A stretch of DNA of 64,000 nt from Eledone cirrhosa (GCA_964016885.1 OZ024741.1:257362001-257426000); one strand, 5' to 3'. Numbered from the stretch's first letter, positions 13,101 to 27,766 are shown. Program-made: numbers and translations. The notes: a model not told the origin generated them from the letters alone.

Positions 13101-16100
13101 GGTGTTTCGGCTTACGAGTGTTTCGACTTACGAGTGTTTTAACTTACGGGTGTTTCTACTTACGCGTGTTTCGACTTGCAAGTGTTTCGACTTACGAGTG
13201 TTTCGACTACGAATGTTCCGACTTACGAGTGTTTCGACTTATGAGTGTTTCGACTTACGAGTGTTCTGACTTACGGGTGTTCCGACTTACGAGTGTTTCG
13301 GCTTACGATTGTTTTGACTTACGATTGTATTGGCTTACGAATGTTTCGACTTACTTCGACTTACGAGTGATCTGACTTACGAGTGTTCCTACTTACGAGT
13401 GTTTCGACTTAGGAGTGTTTCGACTTGCGAGTGTTTCGACTTACGAGTGTTTCGGCTTACGAGTGTTTCGGTGTTTCGGCTCACGTGTGTTTCGACTTAC
13501 GAGTGTTTCGACTTACGAGTGTTTCGGCTTATGAGTGTTTCGACTTACGAGTGCTTCGGCTTACGAGTGTTTCGACTTACGAGTGTTTCGGCTTACGAGT
13601 GTTTCGACGTACGAATGTTTTGGCTTACGAGTGTTCTGTCTTACGAGTGTTCTGACTTACGAGCGTTCTGACTTACGAGTGTTCCGACTTACGAGTGTTT
13701 CGGCTTACGAGTGTTTCGACTTACGAGTGTTCTGACTTACGAGTGTTTCGACTTACGAGCGTTCCGACTTACGAGTGTTTCGGCTTACGAGTGTTCCGAC
13801 TTACGAGTGTTTCGACTAACGAGTGTTTCGGCTTACGAGTGTTTCGACTTACGAGTGTTCTGACTTACGAGTGTTCCGACTTACGAGCGTTCCGACTTAC
13901 GAGTGTTTCGACTTACGAGTGTTAAGACTTACGGGTGTTTTGACATACGAGTGTTTCGATACGAGTGTTTCGACTTACGAGTGTTACGAGTGTTCTGACT
14001 TACGAGTGTTTCGACTTACGAGTGTTCTGACCTACGAGTGTTCTGACTTACGAGTGTTTCGACTTACGAGTGTTTTGACTTACGGGTGTTTCGACTTACG
14101 AGTGTTTCGACTTACGAGTGTTTCGACTTACGAGTGTTTCGAGTTACGAGTGTTTCGACTTACGAGTGTTTTGACTTACGAATGTTCTGACTTACGGGTG
14201 TTTCGGCTTACGAGTGTTTCGACTTACGAGTGTTTTGACTTACGAGTGTTTCGAGTTACGAGTGTTTCGACTTACGAATGTTTTTACTTACGAATGTTCT
14301 GACTTACGGGTGTTTCGGCTTACGAGTGTTTCGACTTACGAGTGTTTTAACTTACGGGTGTTTCTACTTACGCGTGTTTCGACTTGCAAGTGTTTCGACT
14401 TACGAGTGTTTCGACTACGAATGTTCCGACTTACGAGTGTTTCGACTTATGAGTGTTTCGACTTACGAGTGTTCTGACTTACGGGTGTTCCGACTTACGA
14501 GTGTTTCGGCTTACGATTGTTTTGACTTACGATTGTATTGGCTTACGAATGTTTCGACTTACTTCGACTTACGAGTGATCTGACTTACGAGTGTTCCTAC
14601 TTACGAGTGTTTCGACTTAGGAGTGTTTCGACTTACGAGTGTTTCGACTTACGAGTGTTTCGGCTTACGAGTGTTTCGGTGTTTCGGCTCACGTGTGTTT
14701 CGACTTACGAGTGTTTCGACTTACGAGTGTTTCGGCTTATGAGTGTTTCGACTTACGAGTGTTTCGGCGTATGAGTGTTTTGACTTACGAGTGTTTCGAC
14801 TTACGAGTGTTTCGACTTACGAGTGTTTCGACTTACGAGTCTTCTGACCTACGAGTGTTCTGACTTACGAGTGTTTCGACTTACGAGTGTTTTGACTTAC
14901 GGGTGTTTCGACTTACGAGTGTTTCGAGTTACGAGTGTTTCGAGTTACGAGTGTTTCGACTTACGAGTGTTTTTACTTACGAATGTTCTGACTTACGGGT
15001 GTTTCGGCTTACGAGTGTTTCGACTTACGAGTGTTTTAACTTACGGGTGTTTCGACTTACACGTGTTTCGACTTGCGAGTGTTTCGACGTACGAGTGTTT
15101 CGACTACGAATGTTCCGACTTACGATTGTTTCGACTTACGAGTGTTTCGACTTACGAGTAATCTGATCTACGGGTGTTCCGACTTACGAGTGTTTCGGCT
15201 TACGATTGTTTTGACTTACGATTGTTTGGCTTACGAATGTTTCGACTTACGAGTGTTTCGACTTACGAGTGTTTTGACTTACGGTGTTTCGGCTTACGAG
15301 TGTTTCGACTTACGAGTGTTTTGACTTACGGGTGTTTTGACATACGAGTGTTTCGATACGAGTGTTCTGACTTACGAGTGTTCTGACTTACGAGTGTTCT
15401 GACTTACGGGTGTTCTGACTTACGAGTGTTCCGACTTACGAGTGTTTCGGCTTATGAGGGTTTCGACTTACGAGTGCTTCGGCTTACGAGTGTTTCGACT
15501 TACGAGTGTTTCGGCTTACGAGTGTTTCGACATACGAATGTTTTGGCTTACGAGTGTTTCGGCTTACGAGTGTTTCGACTTACGAGTGTTTCGACTTATG
15601 GTGTTTCGGCTTACGAGTGTTTCGACATACGAGTGTTTTGACGTACGGGTGTTTCGACCTACGGGTCTTTCGACTTACGAGTGTTTCGACTTACGAGTGT
15701 TTCGGCGTACGAGTGTTTCGACTTACGAGTGTTTCGACTTACGAGTGTTTCGACTTACGAGTGTTTCGACTTACGAGTGTTTTGAATTACGAGTGTTTTG
15801 ACTTACGGTGTTTCTGCTTACGAGTGTTTCGACTTACGAGTGTTATGACTTACGGGTGTTTTGACATACGAGTGTTTTCGATACGAGTGTTTCGACTTAC
15901 GAGTGTTTTGACTTACGAGTGTTTCGAGTTACGAGTGTTTCGACTTACGAATGTTTTTACTTACGAATGTTCTGACTTACGGGTGTTTCGGCTTACGAGT
16001 GTTTCGACTTACGAGTGTTTTAACTTACGGGTGTTTCTACTTACGCGTGTTTCGACTTGCAAGTGTTTCGACTTACGAGTGTTTCGACTACGAATGTTCC

Positions 16101-16707
16101 GACTTACGAGTGTTTCGACTTATGAGTGTTTCGACTTACGAGTGTTCTGACTTACGGGTGTTCCGACTTACGAGTGTTTCGGCTTACGATTGTTTTGACT
16201 TACGATTGTATTGGCTTACGAATGTTTCGACTTACTTCGACTTACGAGTGATCTGACTTACGAGTGTTCCTACTTACGAGTGTTTCGACTTAGGAGTGTT
16301 TCGACTTGCGAGTGTTTCGACTTACGAGTGTTTCGGCTTACGAGTGTTTCGGTGTTTCGGCTCACGTGTGTTTCGACTTACGAGTGTTTCGACTTACGAG
16401 TGTTTCGGCTTATGAGTGTTTCGACTTACGAGTGCTTCGGCTTACGAGTGTTTCGACTTACGAGTGTTTCGGCTTACGAGTGTTTCGACGTACGAATGTT
16501 TTGGCTTACGAGTGTTTCGGCTTATGAGTGTTTCGACTTACGAGTGTTTCGACTTACGAGTGTTTGGGCTTACGAGTGTTTCGACTTACGAGTTTTTCGG
16601 CTTACGAGTGTTTCAGTGTTTCGGCTTACGTTTTTTTGACTTACGAGTGTTTCGACTTACGAGTGTTTCGGCTTACGAGTGTTTCGGCTTACGAGTGTTT
16701 CGGCTTA

Positions 16708-17446
16708 TATATAAACGTTTCTATTTCCATCGTTTTATCGTAAACGTTTATATATTTCCATCGTTATATCATAACGTTTATATTTCCGTCACTAATCTCT
16801 TTTTCTCCTTTTCCGTTTTAACATATATTTATTTCAAAGATTTCACCGTATAGATAACATATATATTTATACATGCATAAAAGACACACCGAGAGACGGT
16901 GAAAATGTGGTGCCAAAAACATTTCTCATCCAAATCTCAACAATATCAGTATATACACTAGATTTGCTAGCAGAAAACCGCCCACCGGGTGGTTTTCTGC
17001 TATTCTATATATATAAAACTGAGGATGTCTGTCTGTGTGTGAGTTTGAATCCCTAAAACTCGAGAACCACCCAACCGACTGTTTTCAAACTTTACACATG
17101 TAATACTTATGTTTCAGGGAGTGTTCTGAGCAAAAAATATTTCAAATTTTCAATGCCGTAGGGACAACATTAGGCGATTTAGCGATCTCTCTCTATAATT
17201 CTTAGTCTTTCTCTTTTTAGATAGATACATACATATAACGTCGTGCCCTTATAATATCTGTCTGTATGTCTGGCTGTCTGCATTACGTCACTTCCCTGAG
17301 GATGTCTGTGTGTGTGTGTGTGTGTCTGTGAGTTTGAATCCCTAAAATGCGAGAAGTACCCAACCGATTTTTTTCAAACTTTACATGTGTATTACTTATG
17401 TTTCAGGGAGTGTTTGTTATGCACATAAAATTCAACCTTTTGATCT
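16708..17446 (+). mobile_element. Cassette copy 4
   Basis: Same allele as copy 3. Confidence 0.6.
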
Positions 17447-20400
17447 GGTGTTTTGAATTACGAGTGTTTCGATACGAGTGTTTCGACTTACGAGTGTTCT
17501 GACTTACGAGTGTTCTGACTTACGAGCGTTCTGACTTACGAGTGTTCCGACTTACGAGTGTTTCGGCTTACGAGTGTTTCGACTTACGAGTGTTCTGACT
17601 TACGAGTGTTTCGACTTACGAGCGTTCCGACTTACGAGTGTTTCGGCTTACGAGTGTTCCGACTTACGAGTGTTTCGACTAACGAGTGTTTCGGCTTACG
17701 AGTGTTTCGACTTACGAGTGTTCTGACTTACGAGTGTTCCGACTTACGAGCGTTCCGACTTACGAGTGTTTCGACTTACGAGTGTTAAGACTTACGGGTG
17801 TTTTGACATACGAGTGTTTCGATACGAGTGTTTCGACTTACGAGTGTTACGAGTGTTCTGACTTACGAGTGTTTCGACTTACGAGTGTTCTGACCTACGA
17901 GTGTTCTGACTTACGAGTGTTTCGACTTACGAGTGTTTTGACTTACGGGTGTTTCGACTTACGAGTGTTTCGACTTACGAGTGTTTCGAGTTACGAGTGT
18001 TTCGACTTACGAGTGTTTTGACTTACGAATGTTCTGACTTACGGGTGTTTCGGCTTACGAGTGTTTCGACTTACGAGTGTTTTAACTTACGGGTGTTTCG
18101 ACTTACACGTGTTTCGACTTGCGAGTGTTTCGACTTACGAGTATTTCGACTTACGATTGTTTCGACTTACGAGTGTTCTGACTTACGGGTGTTCCGACTT
18201 ACGAGTGTTTCGGCTTACGATTATTTTGACTTACGATTGTTTGGCTTACGAATGTTTCGACTTACGAGTGTTTCGACTTACGAGTGTTTTGACTTACGGT
18301 GTTTCGGCTTACGAATGTTTCGACTTACGAGTGTTTTGACTTACGGGTGTTTTGACATACGAGTGTTTCGATACGAGTGTTCTGATTTACGAGTGTTCTG
18401 ACTTACGAGTGTTCTGACTTACGGGTGTTCTGACTTACGAGTGTTCCGACTTACGAGTGTTTCGGCTTATGAGGGTTTCGATTTACGAGTGCTTCGGCTT
18501 ACGAGTGTTTCGACTTACGATTGTTTCGGCTTACGAGTGTTTCGACTTACGAATGTTTTGACTTACGAGTGTTTCGGCTTACGAGTGTTTCGACTTACGA
18601 GTGTTTCGACTTACGAGAGTTTTGACTTACGGTGTTTCGGCTTACGAGTGTTTCGACATACGAGTGTTTTGACGTACGGGTGTTTCGACTTACGGGTGTT
18701 TCGACTTACGAGTGTTTCGACTTACGAGTGTTCTGACCTACGAGTGTTCTGACTTACGAGTGTTTCGACTTACGAGTGTTTTGACTTACGGGTGTTTCGA
18801 CTTACGAGTGTTTCGAGTTACGAGTGTTTCGAGTTACGAGTGTTTCGACTTACGAGTGTTTTTACTTACGAATGTTCTGACTTACGGGTGTTTCGGCTTA
18901 CGAGTGTTCCTACTTACGAGTGTTTCGACTTACGAGTGTTTCGACTTGCGAGTGTTTCGGCTTACGACTGTTTCGGTGTTTCGGCTTACGTGTGTTTCGA
19001 CTTACGAGTGTTTCGACTTACGAGTGTTTCGGCTTATGAGTGTTTCGACTTACGAGTGCTTCGGCTTACGAGTGTTTCGACTTACGAGTATTTCGGCTTA
19101 CGAGTGTTTCGACGTACGAATGTTTTGGCTTACGAGTGTTTCGGCTTATGAGTGTTTCGACTTACGAGTGTTTCGACTTACGAGTGTTTCGGCTTACGAG
19201 TGTTACGAGTGTTCTGACTTACGAGTGTTTCGACTTACGAGTGTTCTGACCCACGAGCGTTCTGACTTACGAGTGTTTCGACTTACGAGTGTTTTGACTT
19301 ACGGGTGTTTCGACTTACGAGTGTTTCGAGTTACGAGTGTTTCGAGTTACGAGTGTTTCGACTTACGAGTGTTCTGACTTACGAGTGTTCCGACTTACGA
19401 GCGTTCCGACTTACGAGTGTTTCGACTTACGAGTGTTAAGACTTACGGGTGTTTTGACATACGAGTGTTTCGATACGAGTGTTTCGACTTACGAGTGTTA
19501 CGAGTGTTCTGACTTACGAGTGTTTCGACTTACGAGTGTTCTGACCTACGAGTGTTCTGACTTACGAGTGTTTCGACTTACGAGTGTTTTGACTTACGGG
19601 TGTTTCGACTTACGAGTGTTTCGACTTACGAGTGTTTCGAGTTACGAGTGTTTCGACTTACGAGTGTTTTGACTTACGAATGTTCCGACTTACGGGTGTT
19701 TCGGCTTACGAGTGTTTCGACTTATGAGTGTTTTAACTTACGGGTGTTTCGACTTACACGTGTTTCGACTTGCGAGTGTTTCGACGTACGAGTGTTTCGA
19801 CTACGAATGTTCCGACTTACGATTGTTTCGACTTACGAGTGTTTCGACTTACGAGTAATCTGACTTACGGGTGTTCCGACTTACGAGTGTTTCGGCTTAC
19901 GATTGTTTTGACTTACGATTGTTTGGCTTACGAATGTTTCGACTTACGAGTGTTTCGACTTACGAGTGTTTTGACTTACGGTGTTTCGGCTTACGAGTGT
20001 TTCGACTTACGAGTGTTTTGACTTACGGGTGTTTTGACATACGAGTGTTTCGATACGAGTGTTCTGACTTACGAGTGTTCTGACTTACGAGTGTTCTGAC
20101 TTACGGGTGTTCTGACTTACAAGTGTTCCGACTTACGAGTGTTTAGGCTTATGAGGGTTTCGACTTACGAGTGTTTCGACATACGAATGTTTTGGCTTAC
20201 GAGTGTTTCGGCTTACGAGTGTTTCGACTTACGAGTGTTTCGACTTATGGTGTTTCGGCTTACGAGTGTTTCGACATACGAGTGTTTTGACGTACGGGTG
20301 TTTCGACCTACGGGTCTTTCGACTTACGAGTGTTTCGACTTACGAGTGTTTCGGCGTACGAGTGTTTCGACTTACGAGTGTTTCGACTTACGAGTGTTTC

Positions 20401-21333
20401 GACTTACGAGTGTTTCGACTTACGAGTGTTTTGAATTACGAGTGTTTTGACTTACGGTGTTTCTGCTTACGAGTGTTTCGACTTACGAGTGTTATGACTT
20501 ACGGGTGTTTTGACATACGAGTGTTTTCGATACGAGTGTTTCGACTTACGAGTGTTTTGACTTACGAGTGTTTCGAGTTACGAGTGTTTCGACTTACGAA
20601 TGTTTTTACTTACGAATGTTCTGACTTACGGGTGTTTCGGCTTACGAGTGTTTCGACTTACGAGTGTTTTAACTTACGGGTGTTTCTACTTACGCGTGTT
20701 TCGACTTGCAAGTGTTTCGACTTACGAGTGTTTCGACTACGAATGTTCCGACTTACGAGTGTTTCTACTTATGAGTGTTTCGACTTACGAGTATTCTGAC
20801 TTACGGGTGTTCCGACTTACGAGTGTTTCGGCTTACGATTGTTTTGACTTACGATTGTATTGGCTTACGAATGTTTCGACTTACTTCGACTTACGAGTGA
20901 TCTGACTTACGAGTGTTCCTACTTACGAGTGTTTCGACTTAGGAGTGTTTCGACTTGCGAGTGTTTCGACTTACGAGTGTTTCGGCTTACGAGTGTTTCG
21001 GTGTTTCGGCTCACGTGTGTTTCGACTTACGAGTGTTTCGACTTACGAGTGTTTCGGCTTATGAGTGTTTCGACTTACGAGTGCTTCGGCTTACGAGTGT
21101 TTCGACTTAGGAGTGTTTCGGCTTACGAGTGTTTCGACGTACGAATGTTTTGGCTTACGAGTGTTTCGGCTTATGAGTGTTTCGACTTACGAGTGTTTCG
21201 ACTTACGAGTGTTTCGGCTTACGAGTGTTTCGACTTACGAGTGTTTCGGCTTACGTGTTTTTTGACTTACGAGTGTTTCGACTTACGAGTGTTTCGGCTT
21301 ACGAGTGTTTCGGCTTACGAGTGTTTCGGCTTA

Positions 21334-22037
21334 TATATAAACGTTTCTATTTCCATCGTTTTATCGTAAACGTTTATATATTTCCATCGTTATATCATAA
21401 CGTTTATATTTCCGTCACTAATCTCTTTTTCTCCTTTTCCGTTTTAACATATATTTATTTCAAAGATTTCACCGTATAGATAACATATATATTTATACAT
21501 GCATAAAAGACACACCGAGAGACGGTGAAAATGTGGTGCCAAAAACATTTCTCATCCAAATCTCAACAATATCAGTATATACACTAGATTTGCTAGCAGA
21601 AAACCGCCCACCGGGTGGTTTTCTGCTATTCTATATATATAAAACTGAGGATGTCTGTCTGTGTGTGAGTTTGAATCCCTAAAACTCGAGAACCACCCAA
21701 CCGACTGTTTTCAAACTTTACACATGTAATACTTATGTTTCTGGAAGTGTTCTGAGCAAAAAATATTTCAAATTTTCAATGCCGTAGGGACAACATTAGG
21801 CGATTTAGCGATCTCTCTCTATAATTCTTAGTCTTTCTCTTTTTAGATAGATACATACATATAACGTCGTGCCCTTATAATATCTGTCTGTATGTCTGGC
21901 TGTCTGCATTACGTCAATTCCCTGAGGATGTCTGTGTGTGTGTGTGTGTCTGTGAGTTTGAATCCCTAAAATGCGAGAAGTACCCGTTATGTTTCAGGGA
22001 GTGTTTGTTATGCACATAAAATTCAACCTTTTGATCT
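21334..22037 (+). mobile_element. Cassette copy 5, with a net 33-bp deletion in core B
   Basis: Reads GTACCCGTTATG at ~21985 instead of GTACCCAACCG...ATTACTTATG. Confidence 0.6.
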
Positions 22038-22958
22038 GGTGTTTTGAATTACGAGTGTTTCGATACGAGTGTTTCGACTTACGAGTGTTCTGACTTACGA
22101 GTGTTCTGACTTACGAGCGTTCTGACTTACGAGTGTTCCGACTTACGAGTGTTTCGGCTTACGAGTGTTTCGACTTACGAGTGTTCTGACTTACGAGTGT
22201 TTCGACTTACGAGTGTTTCGGCTTACGAGTGTTCCGACTTACGAGTGTTTCGACTAACGAGTGTTTCGGCTTACGAGTGTTTCGACTTACGAGTGTTCTG
22301 ACTTACGAGTGTTCCGACTTACGAGCGTTCCGACTTACGAGTGTTTCGACTTACGGGTGTTAAGACTTACGGGTGTTTTGACATACGAGTGTTTTGACTT
22401 ACAATTGTTTGGCTTACGAATGTTTCGACTTACGAGTGTTTCGACTTACGAGTGTTTTGACTTACGGTGTTTCGGCTTACGAGTGTTTCGACTTACGAGT
22501 GTTTTGACTTACGTGTGTTTTGACATACGAGTGTTTCGATACGAGTGTTCTGACTTACGAGTGTTCTGACTTACGAGTGTTCCGACTTACGAGTGTTTCG
22601 GCTTATGAGGGTTTCGACTTACGAGTGCTTCGGCTTACGAGTGTTTCGACTTACGAGTGTTTCGGCTTACGAGTGTTTCGACTTACGAATGTTTTGGCTT
22701 ACGAGTGTTTCGGCTTACGAGTGTTTCGACTTACGAGTGTTTCAACTTACGAGTGTTTTGACTTATGGTGTTTCGAATTACGAGTGTTTCGACTTACGAG
22801 TGTTTTGACTTACGGTGTTTCGGCTTACGAGTGTTTCGACTTACGATTGTTTTAACTTACGGGTGTTTCGACTTACGCGTGTTTCGACTTACGAATGTTC
22901 CGACTTACGAGTGTTTCGACTTACGAGTGTTTCGGCTTACGAGTGTTTCGAATTACGA

Positions 22959-23035
22959 AAATAACAAGTAGACGCGGTTTCAAATATCTATGATTTTCAA
23001 ATTCATTACATTAATCTTTATTTATACGTTTCACT
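22959..23035. repeat. ~77-bp AT-rich insert, type A (9 copies)
   Basis: AAATAACAAGTAGACGCGGTTTCAAATATCTATGATTTTCAAATTC...TTTATACGTTTCACT. Starts at 22959, 26184, 29977, 33250, 37027, 43415, 49634, 55869, 60442. Confidence 0.95.
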
Positions 23036-24077
23036 TTACGAGTGTTTCGGCGTACGAGTGTTTCGACTTACGAGTGTTTTGACTTACGTGTGTTTCGGCT
23101 TACGAGTGTTTTGACTTACGAGTGTTTTGACTTACGGGTGTTTCGGCTTACGAGTGTTTCGACTTACGAGTGTTCTGACTTACGAGTGTTCCGACTTACG
23201 AGTGTTCCGACTTACGAGTGTTTCGGCTTACGAGTGTTCCGACTTACGAGTGTTTCGACTTAAGGTGTTTCGGCTTAACAGTGTTTTGACTTACGAGTGT
23301 TTTGACTTACGGGTGTTTTGACATACGAGTGTTTCGGTACGAGTGTTCTGACTTACGAGTGTTCTGACTTACGAGTGTTCTGACTTACGAGTGGTCTGAC
23401 TTACGGGTGTTCTGACTTACGAGTGTTCCGACTTACGAGTGTTTCAGCTTATGAGTGTTTCGACTTACGAGTGCTTCGGTTTACGAGTGTTTCGACTTAC
23501 GAGTGTTTTGGCTTACGAGGGTTTCGACTTACGAATGTTTTGGCTTACGGGTGTTTCGGCTTACGAGTGTTTCGGCTTATGAGTGTTTCGACTTACGAGT
23601 GTTTTGACTTATGGTGTTTCGGCTTACGAGTGTTTCGACATACGAGTGTTTTGACTTACGGGTGTTTCGACTTACGGGTGTTTCGACGTAAGAGTGTTTC
23701 GACTTACGAGCGCTTCGACTTACGAGTGTTTCGACTTACGAGTGTTTCGGCGTACGAGTGTTTTGACTTACGAGTGTTTCGACTTACGAGTGTTTCGACT
23801 TACGAGTGTTCCTACTTACGAGTGTTTCGACTTACGAGTGTTTCGACTTGCGAGTATTTCGACTTGCGAGTGTTTCGACTTACGAGTGTTTCGACTTACG
23901 AATGTTCTGACTTACGGGTGTTTCGCCTTACGAGTGTTTCGACTTACGAGTGTTTTAACTTACGGGTGTTTCGACTTACGCGTGTTTCGACTTACGAGTG
24001 TTTCGACTTACGAATGTTCCGACTTACGAGTGTTTCTACTTACGAGTGTTTCGGCTTACGAGTGTTTCGACTTACGA

Positions 24078-24154
24078 AAATAACAAATAGACGCGGTTTC
24101 AAATATCTATGCTTTTCAAATTCATTACATTAATCTTTATTAATACGTTTCGCT
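24078..24154. repeat. ~77-bp AT-rich insert, type B (9 copies)
   Basis: AAATAACAAATAGACGCGGTTTCAAATATCTATGCTTTTC...TTAATACGTTTCGCT. Starts at 24078, 27351, 31144, 34417, 38225, 44454, 50673, 57816, 61609. Confidence 0.95.
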
Positions 24155-24493
24155 TTACGAGTGTTTCGGCTTACGAGTGTTTAGGTGTTTCGGCTTACGT
24201 GTGTTTCAACTTACGAGTGTTTCGACTTACGAGTGTTTCGGCTTATGAGTGTTTCGACTTACGAGTGCTTCGGCTTACGAGTGTTTTGACTTACGAGTGT
24301 TTCGGCTTACGAGTGTTTCGACGTACGAATGTTTTGGCTTACGAGTGTTTCCGCTTATGAGTGTTTCGACTTAAGAGTGTTTCGACTTACGAGTGTTTCA
24401 GTGTTTCGGCTTACGTGTGTTTCGACTTACGAGTGTTTCGACTTACGAGTGTTTCGGCTTACGAGTGTTTCGGCTTACGAGTGTTTCGGCTTA

Positions 24494-25230
24494 TATATAA
24501 ACGTTTCTATTTCCATCGTTTTATCGTAAACGTTTATATATTTCCATCGTTATATCATAACGTTTATATTTCCGTCACTAATCTCTTTTTCTCCTTTTCC
24601 GATTTAACATATATTTATTTCAAAGATTTCACCGTATAGATAACATATATATTTATACATGCATAAAAGACACACCGAGAGACGGTGAAAATGTGGTGCC
24701 AAAAACATTTCTCATCCAAATCTCAACAATATCAGTATATACACTAGATTTGCTAGCAGAAAACCGCCCACCGGGTGGTTTTCTGCTATTCTATATATAT
24801 AAAACTGAGGATGTCTGTCTGTGTGTGAGTTTGAATCCCTAAAACTCGAGAACCACCCAACCGACTGTTTTCAAACTTTACACATGTAATACTTATGTTT
24901 CTGGGAGTGTTCTGAGCAAAAAATATTTCAAATTTTCAATGCCGTAGGGACAACATTAGGCGATTTAGCGATCTCTCTCTATAATTCTTAGTCTTTCTCT
25001 TTTTAGATAGATACATACATATAACGTCGTGCCCTTATAATATCTGTCTGTATGTCTGGCTGTCTGCATTACGTCACTTCCCTGAGGATGTCTGTGTGTG
25101 TGTGTGTGTCTGTGAGTTTGAATCCCTAAAATGCGAGAAGTACCCAACCGATTTTTTTCAAACTTTACATGTGTATTACTTATGTTTCAGGGAGTGTTTG
25201 TTATGCACATAAAATTCAACCTTTTGATCT
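24494..25230 (+). mobile_element. Cassette copy 6
   Basis: Near-identical to copy 1. Confidence 0.6.
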
Positions 25231-27766
25231 GGTGTTTTGAATTACGAGTGTTTCGATACGAGTGTTTCGACTTACGAGTGTTCTGACTTACGAGTGTTCT
25301 GACTTACGAGCGTTCTGACTTACGAGTGTTCCGACTTACGAGTGTTTCGGCTTACGAGTGTTTCGACTTACGAGTGTTCTGACTTACGAGTGTTTCGACT
25401 TACGAGCGTTCCGACTTACGAGTGTTTCGGCTTACGAGTGTTCCGACTTACGAGTGTTTCGACTAACGAGTGTTTCGGCTTACGAGTGTTTCGACTTACG
25501 AGTGTTCTGACTTACGAGTGTTCCGACTTACGAGCGTTCCGACTTACGAGTGTTTCGACTTACGAGTGTTAAGACTTACGGGTGTTTTGACATACGAGTG
25601 TTTCGGCTTACGATTGTTTTGACTTACAATTGTTTGGCTTACGAATGTTTCGACTTACGAGTGTTTCGACTTACGAGTGTTTTGACTTACGGTGTTTCGG
25701 CTTACGAGTGTTTCGACTTACGAGTGTTTTGACTTACGTGTGTTTTGACATACGAGTGTTTCGATACGAGTGTTCTGACTTACGAGTGTTCTGACTTACG
25801 AGTGTTCCGACTTACGAGTGTTTCGGCTTATGAGGGTTTCGACTTACGAGTGCTTCGGCTTACGAGTGTTTCGACTTACGAGTGTTTCGGCTTACGAGTG
25901 TTTCGACTTACGAATGTTTTGGCTTACGAGTGTTTCGGCTTACGAGTGTTTCGACTTACGAGTGTTTCAACTTACGAGTGTTTTGACTTATGGTGTTTCG
26001 AATTACGAGTGTTTCGACTTACGAGTGTTTTGACTTACGGTGTTTCGGCTTACGAGTGTTTCGACTTACGAGTGTTTTAACTTACGGGTGTTTCGACTTA
26101 CGCGTGTTTCGACTTACGAATGTTCCGACTTACGAGTGTTTCGACTTACGAGTGTTTCGGCTTACGAGTGTTTCGAATTACGAAAATAACAAGTAGACGC
26201 GGTTTCAAATATCTATGATTTTCAAATTCATTACATTAATCTTTATTTATACGTTTCACTTTACGAGTGTTTCGGCGTACGAGTGTTTCGACTTACGAGT
26301 GTTTTGACTTACGTGTGTTTCGGCTTACGAGTGTTTTGACTTACGAGTGTTTTGACTTACGGGTGTTTCGGCTTACGAGTGTTTCGACTTACGAGTGTTC
26401 TGACTTACGAGTGTTCCGACTTACGAGCGTTCCGACTTACGAGTGTTTCGGCTTACGAGTGTTCCGACTTACGAGTGTTTCGACTTACGAGTGTTTTGAC
26501 TTAAGGTGTTTCGGCTTAACAGTGTTTTGACTTACGAGTGTTTTGACTTATGGGTGTTTTGACATACGAGTGTTTCGGTACGAGTGTTCTGACTTACGAG
26601 TGTTCTGACTTACGAGTGTTCTGACTTACGAGTGGTCTGACTTACGGGTGTTCTGACTTACGAGTGTTCCGACTTACGAGTGTTTCAGCTTATGAGTGTT
26701 TCGACTTACGAGTGCTTCGGTTTACGAGTGTTTCGACTTACGAGTGTTTTGGCTTACGAGGGTTTCGACTTACGAATGTTTTGGCTTACGGGTGTTTCGG
26801 CTTACGAGTGTTTCGGCTTATGAGTGTTTCGACTTACGAGTGTTTTGACTTATGGTGTTTCGGCTTACGAGTGTTTCGACATACGAGTGTTTTGACTTAC
26901 GGGTGTTTCGACTTACGGGTGTTTCGACGTAAGAGTGTTTCGACTTACGAGCGCTTCGACTTACGAGTGTTTCGACTTACGAGTGTTTCGGCGTACGAGT
27001 GTTTTGACTTACGAGTGTTTCGACTTACGAGTGTTTCGACTTACGAGTGTTCCTACTTACGAGTGTTTCGACTTACGAGTGTTTCGACTTGCGAGTATTT
27101 CGACTTGCGAGTGTTTCGACTTACGAGTGTTTCGACTTACGAGTGTTCTGACTTACGAGTGTTCTGACTTACGAATGTTCTGACTTACGGGTGTTTCGCC
27201 TTACGAGTGTTTCGACTTACGAGTGTTTTAACTTACGGGTGTTTCGACTTACGCGTGTTTCGACTTACGAGTGTTTCGACTTACGAATGTTCCGACTTAC
27301 GAGTGTTTCTACTTACGAGTGTTTCGGCTTACGAGTGTTTCGACTTACGAAAATAACAAATAGACGCGGTTTCAAATATCTATGCTTTTCAAATTCATTA
27401 CATTAATCTTTATTAATACGTTTCGCTTTACGAGTGTTTCGGCTTACGAGTGTTTAGGTGTTTCGGCTTACGTGTGTTTCAACTTACGAGTGTTTCGACT
27501 TACGAGTGTTTCGGCTTATGAGTGTTTCGACTTACGAGTGCTTCGGCTTACGAGTGTTTCGACTTACGAGTGTTTCGGCTTACGAGTGTTTCGACGTACG
27601 AATGTTTTGGCTTACGAGTGTTTCCGCTTATGAGTGTTTCGACTTAAGAGTGTTTCGACTTACGAGTGTTTCAGTGTTTCGGCTTACGTGTGTTTCGACT
27701 TACGAGTGTTTCGACTTACGAGTGTTTCGGCTTACGAGTGTTTCGGCTTACGAGTGTTTCGGCTTA

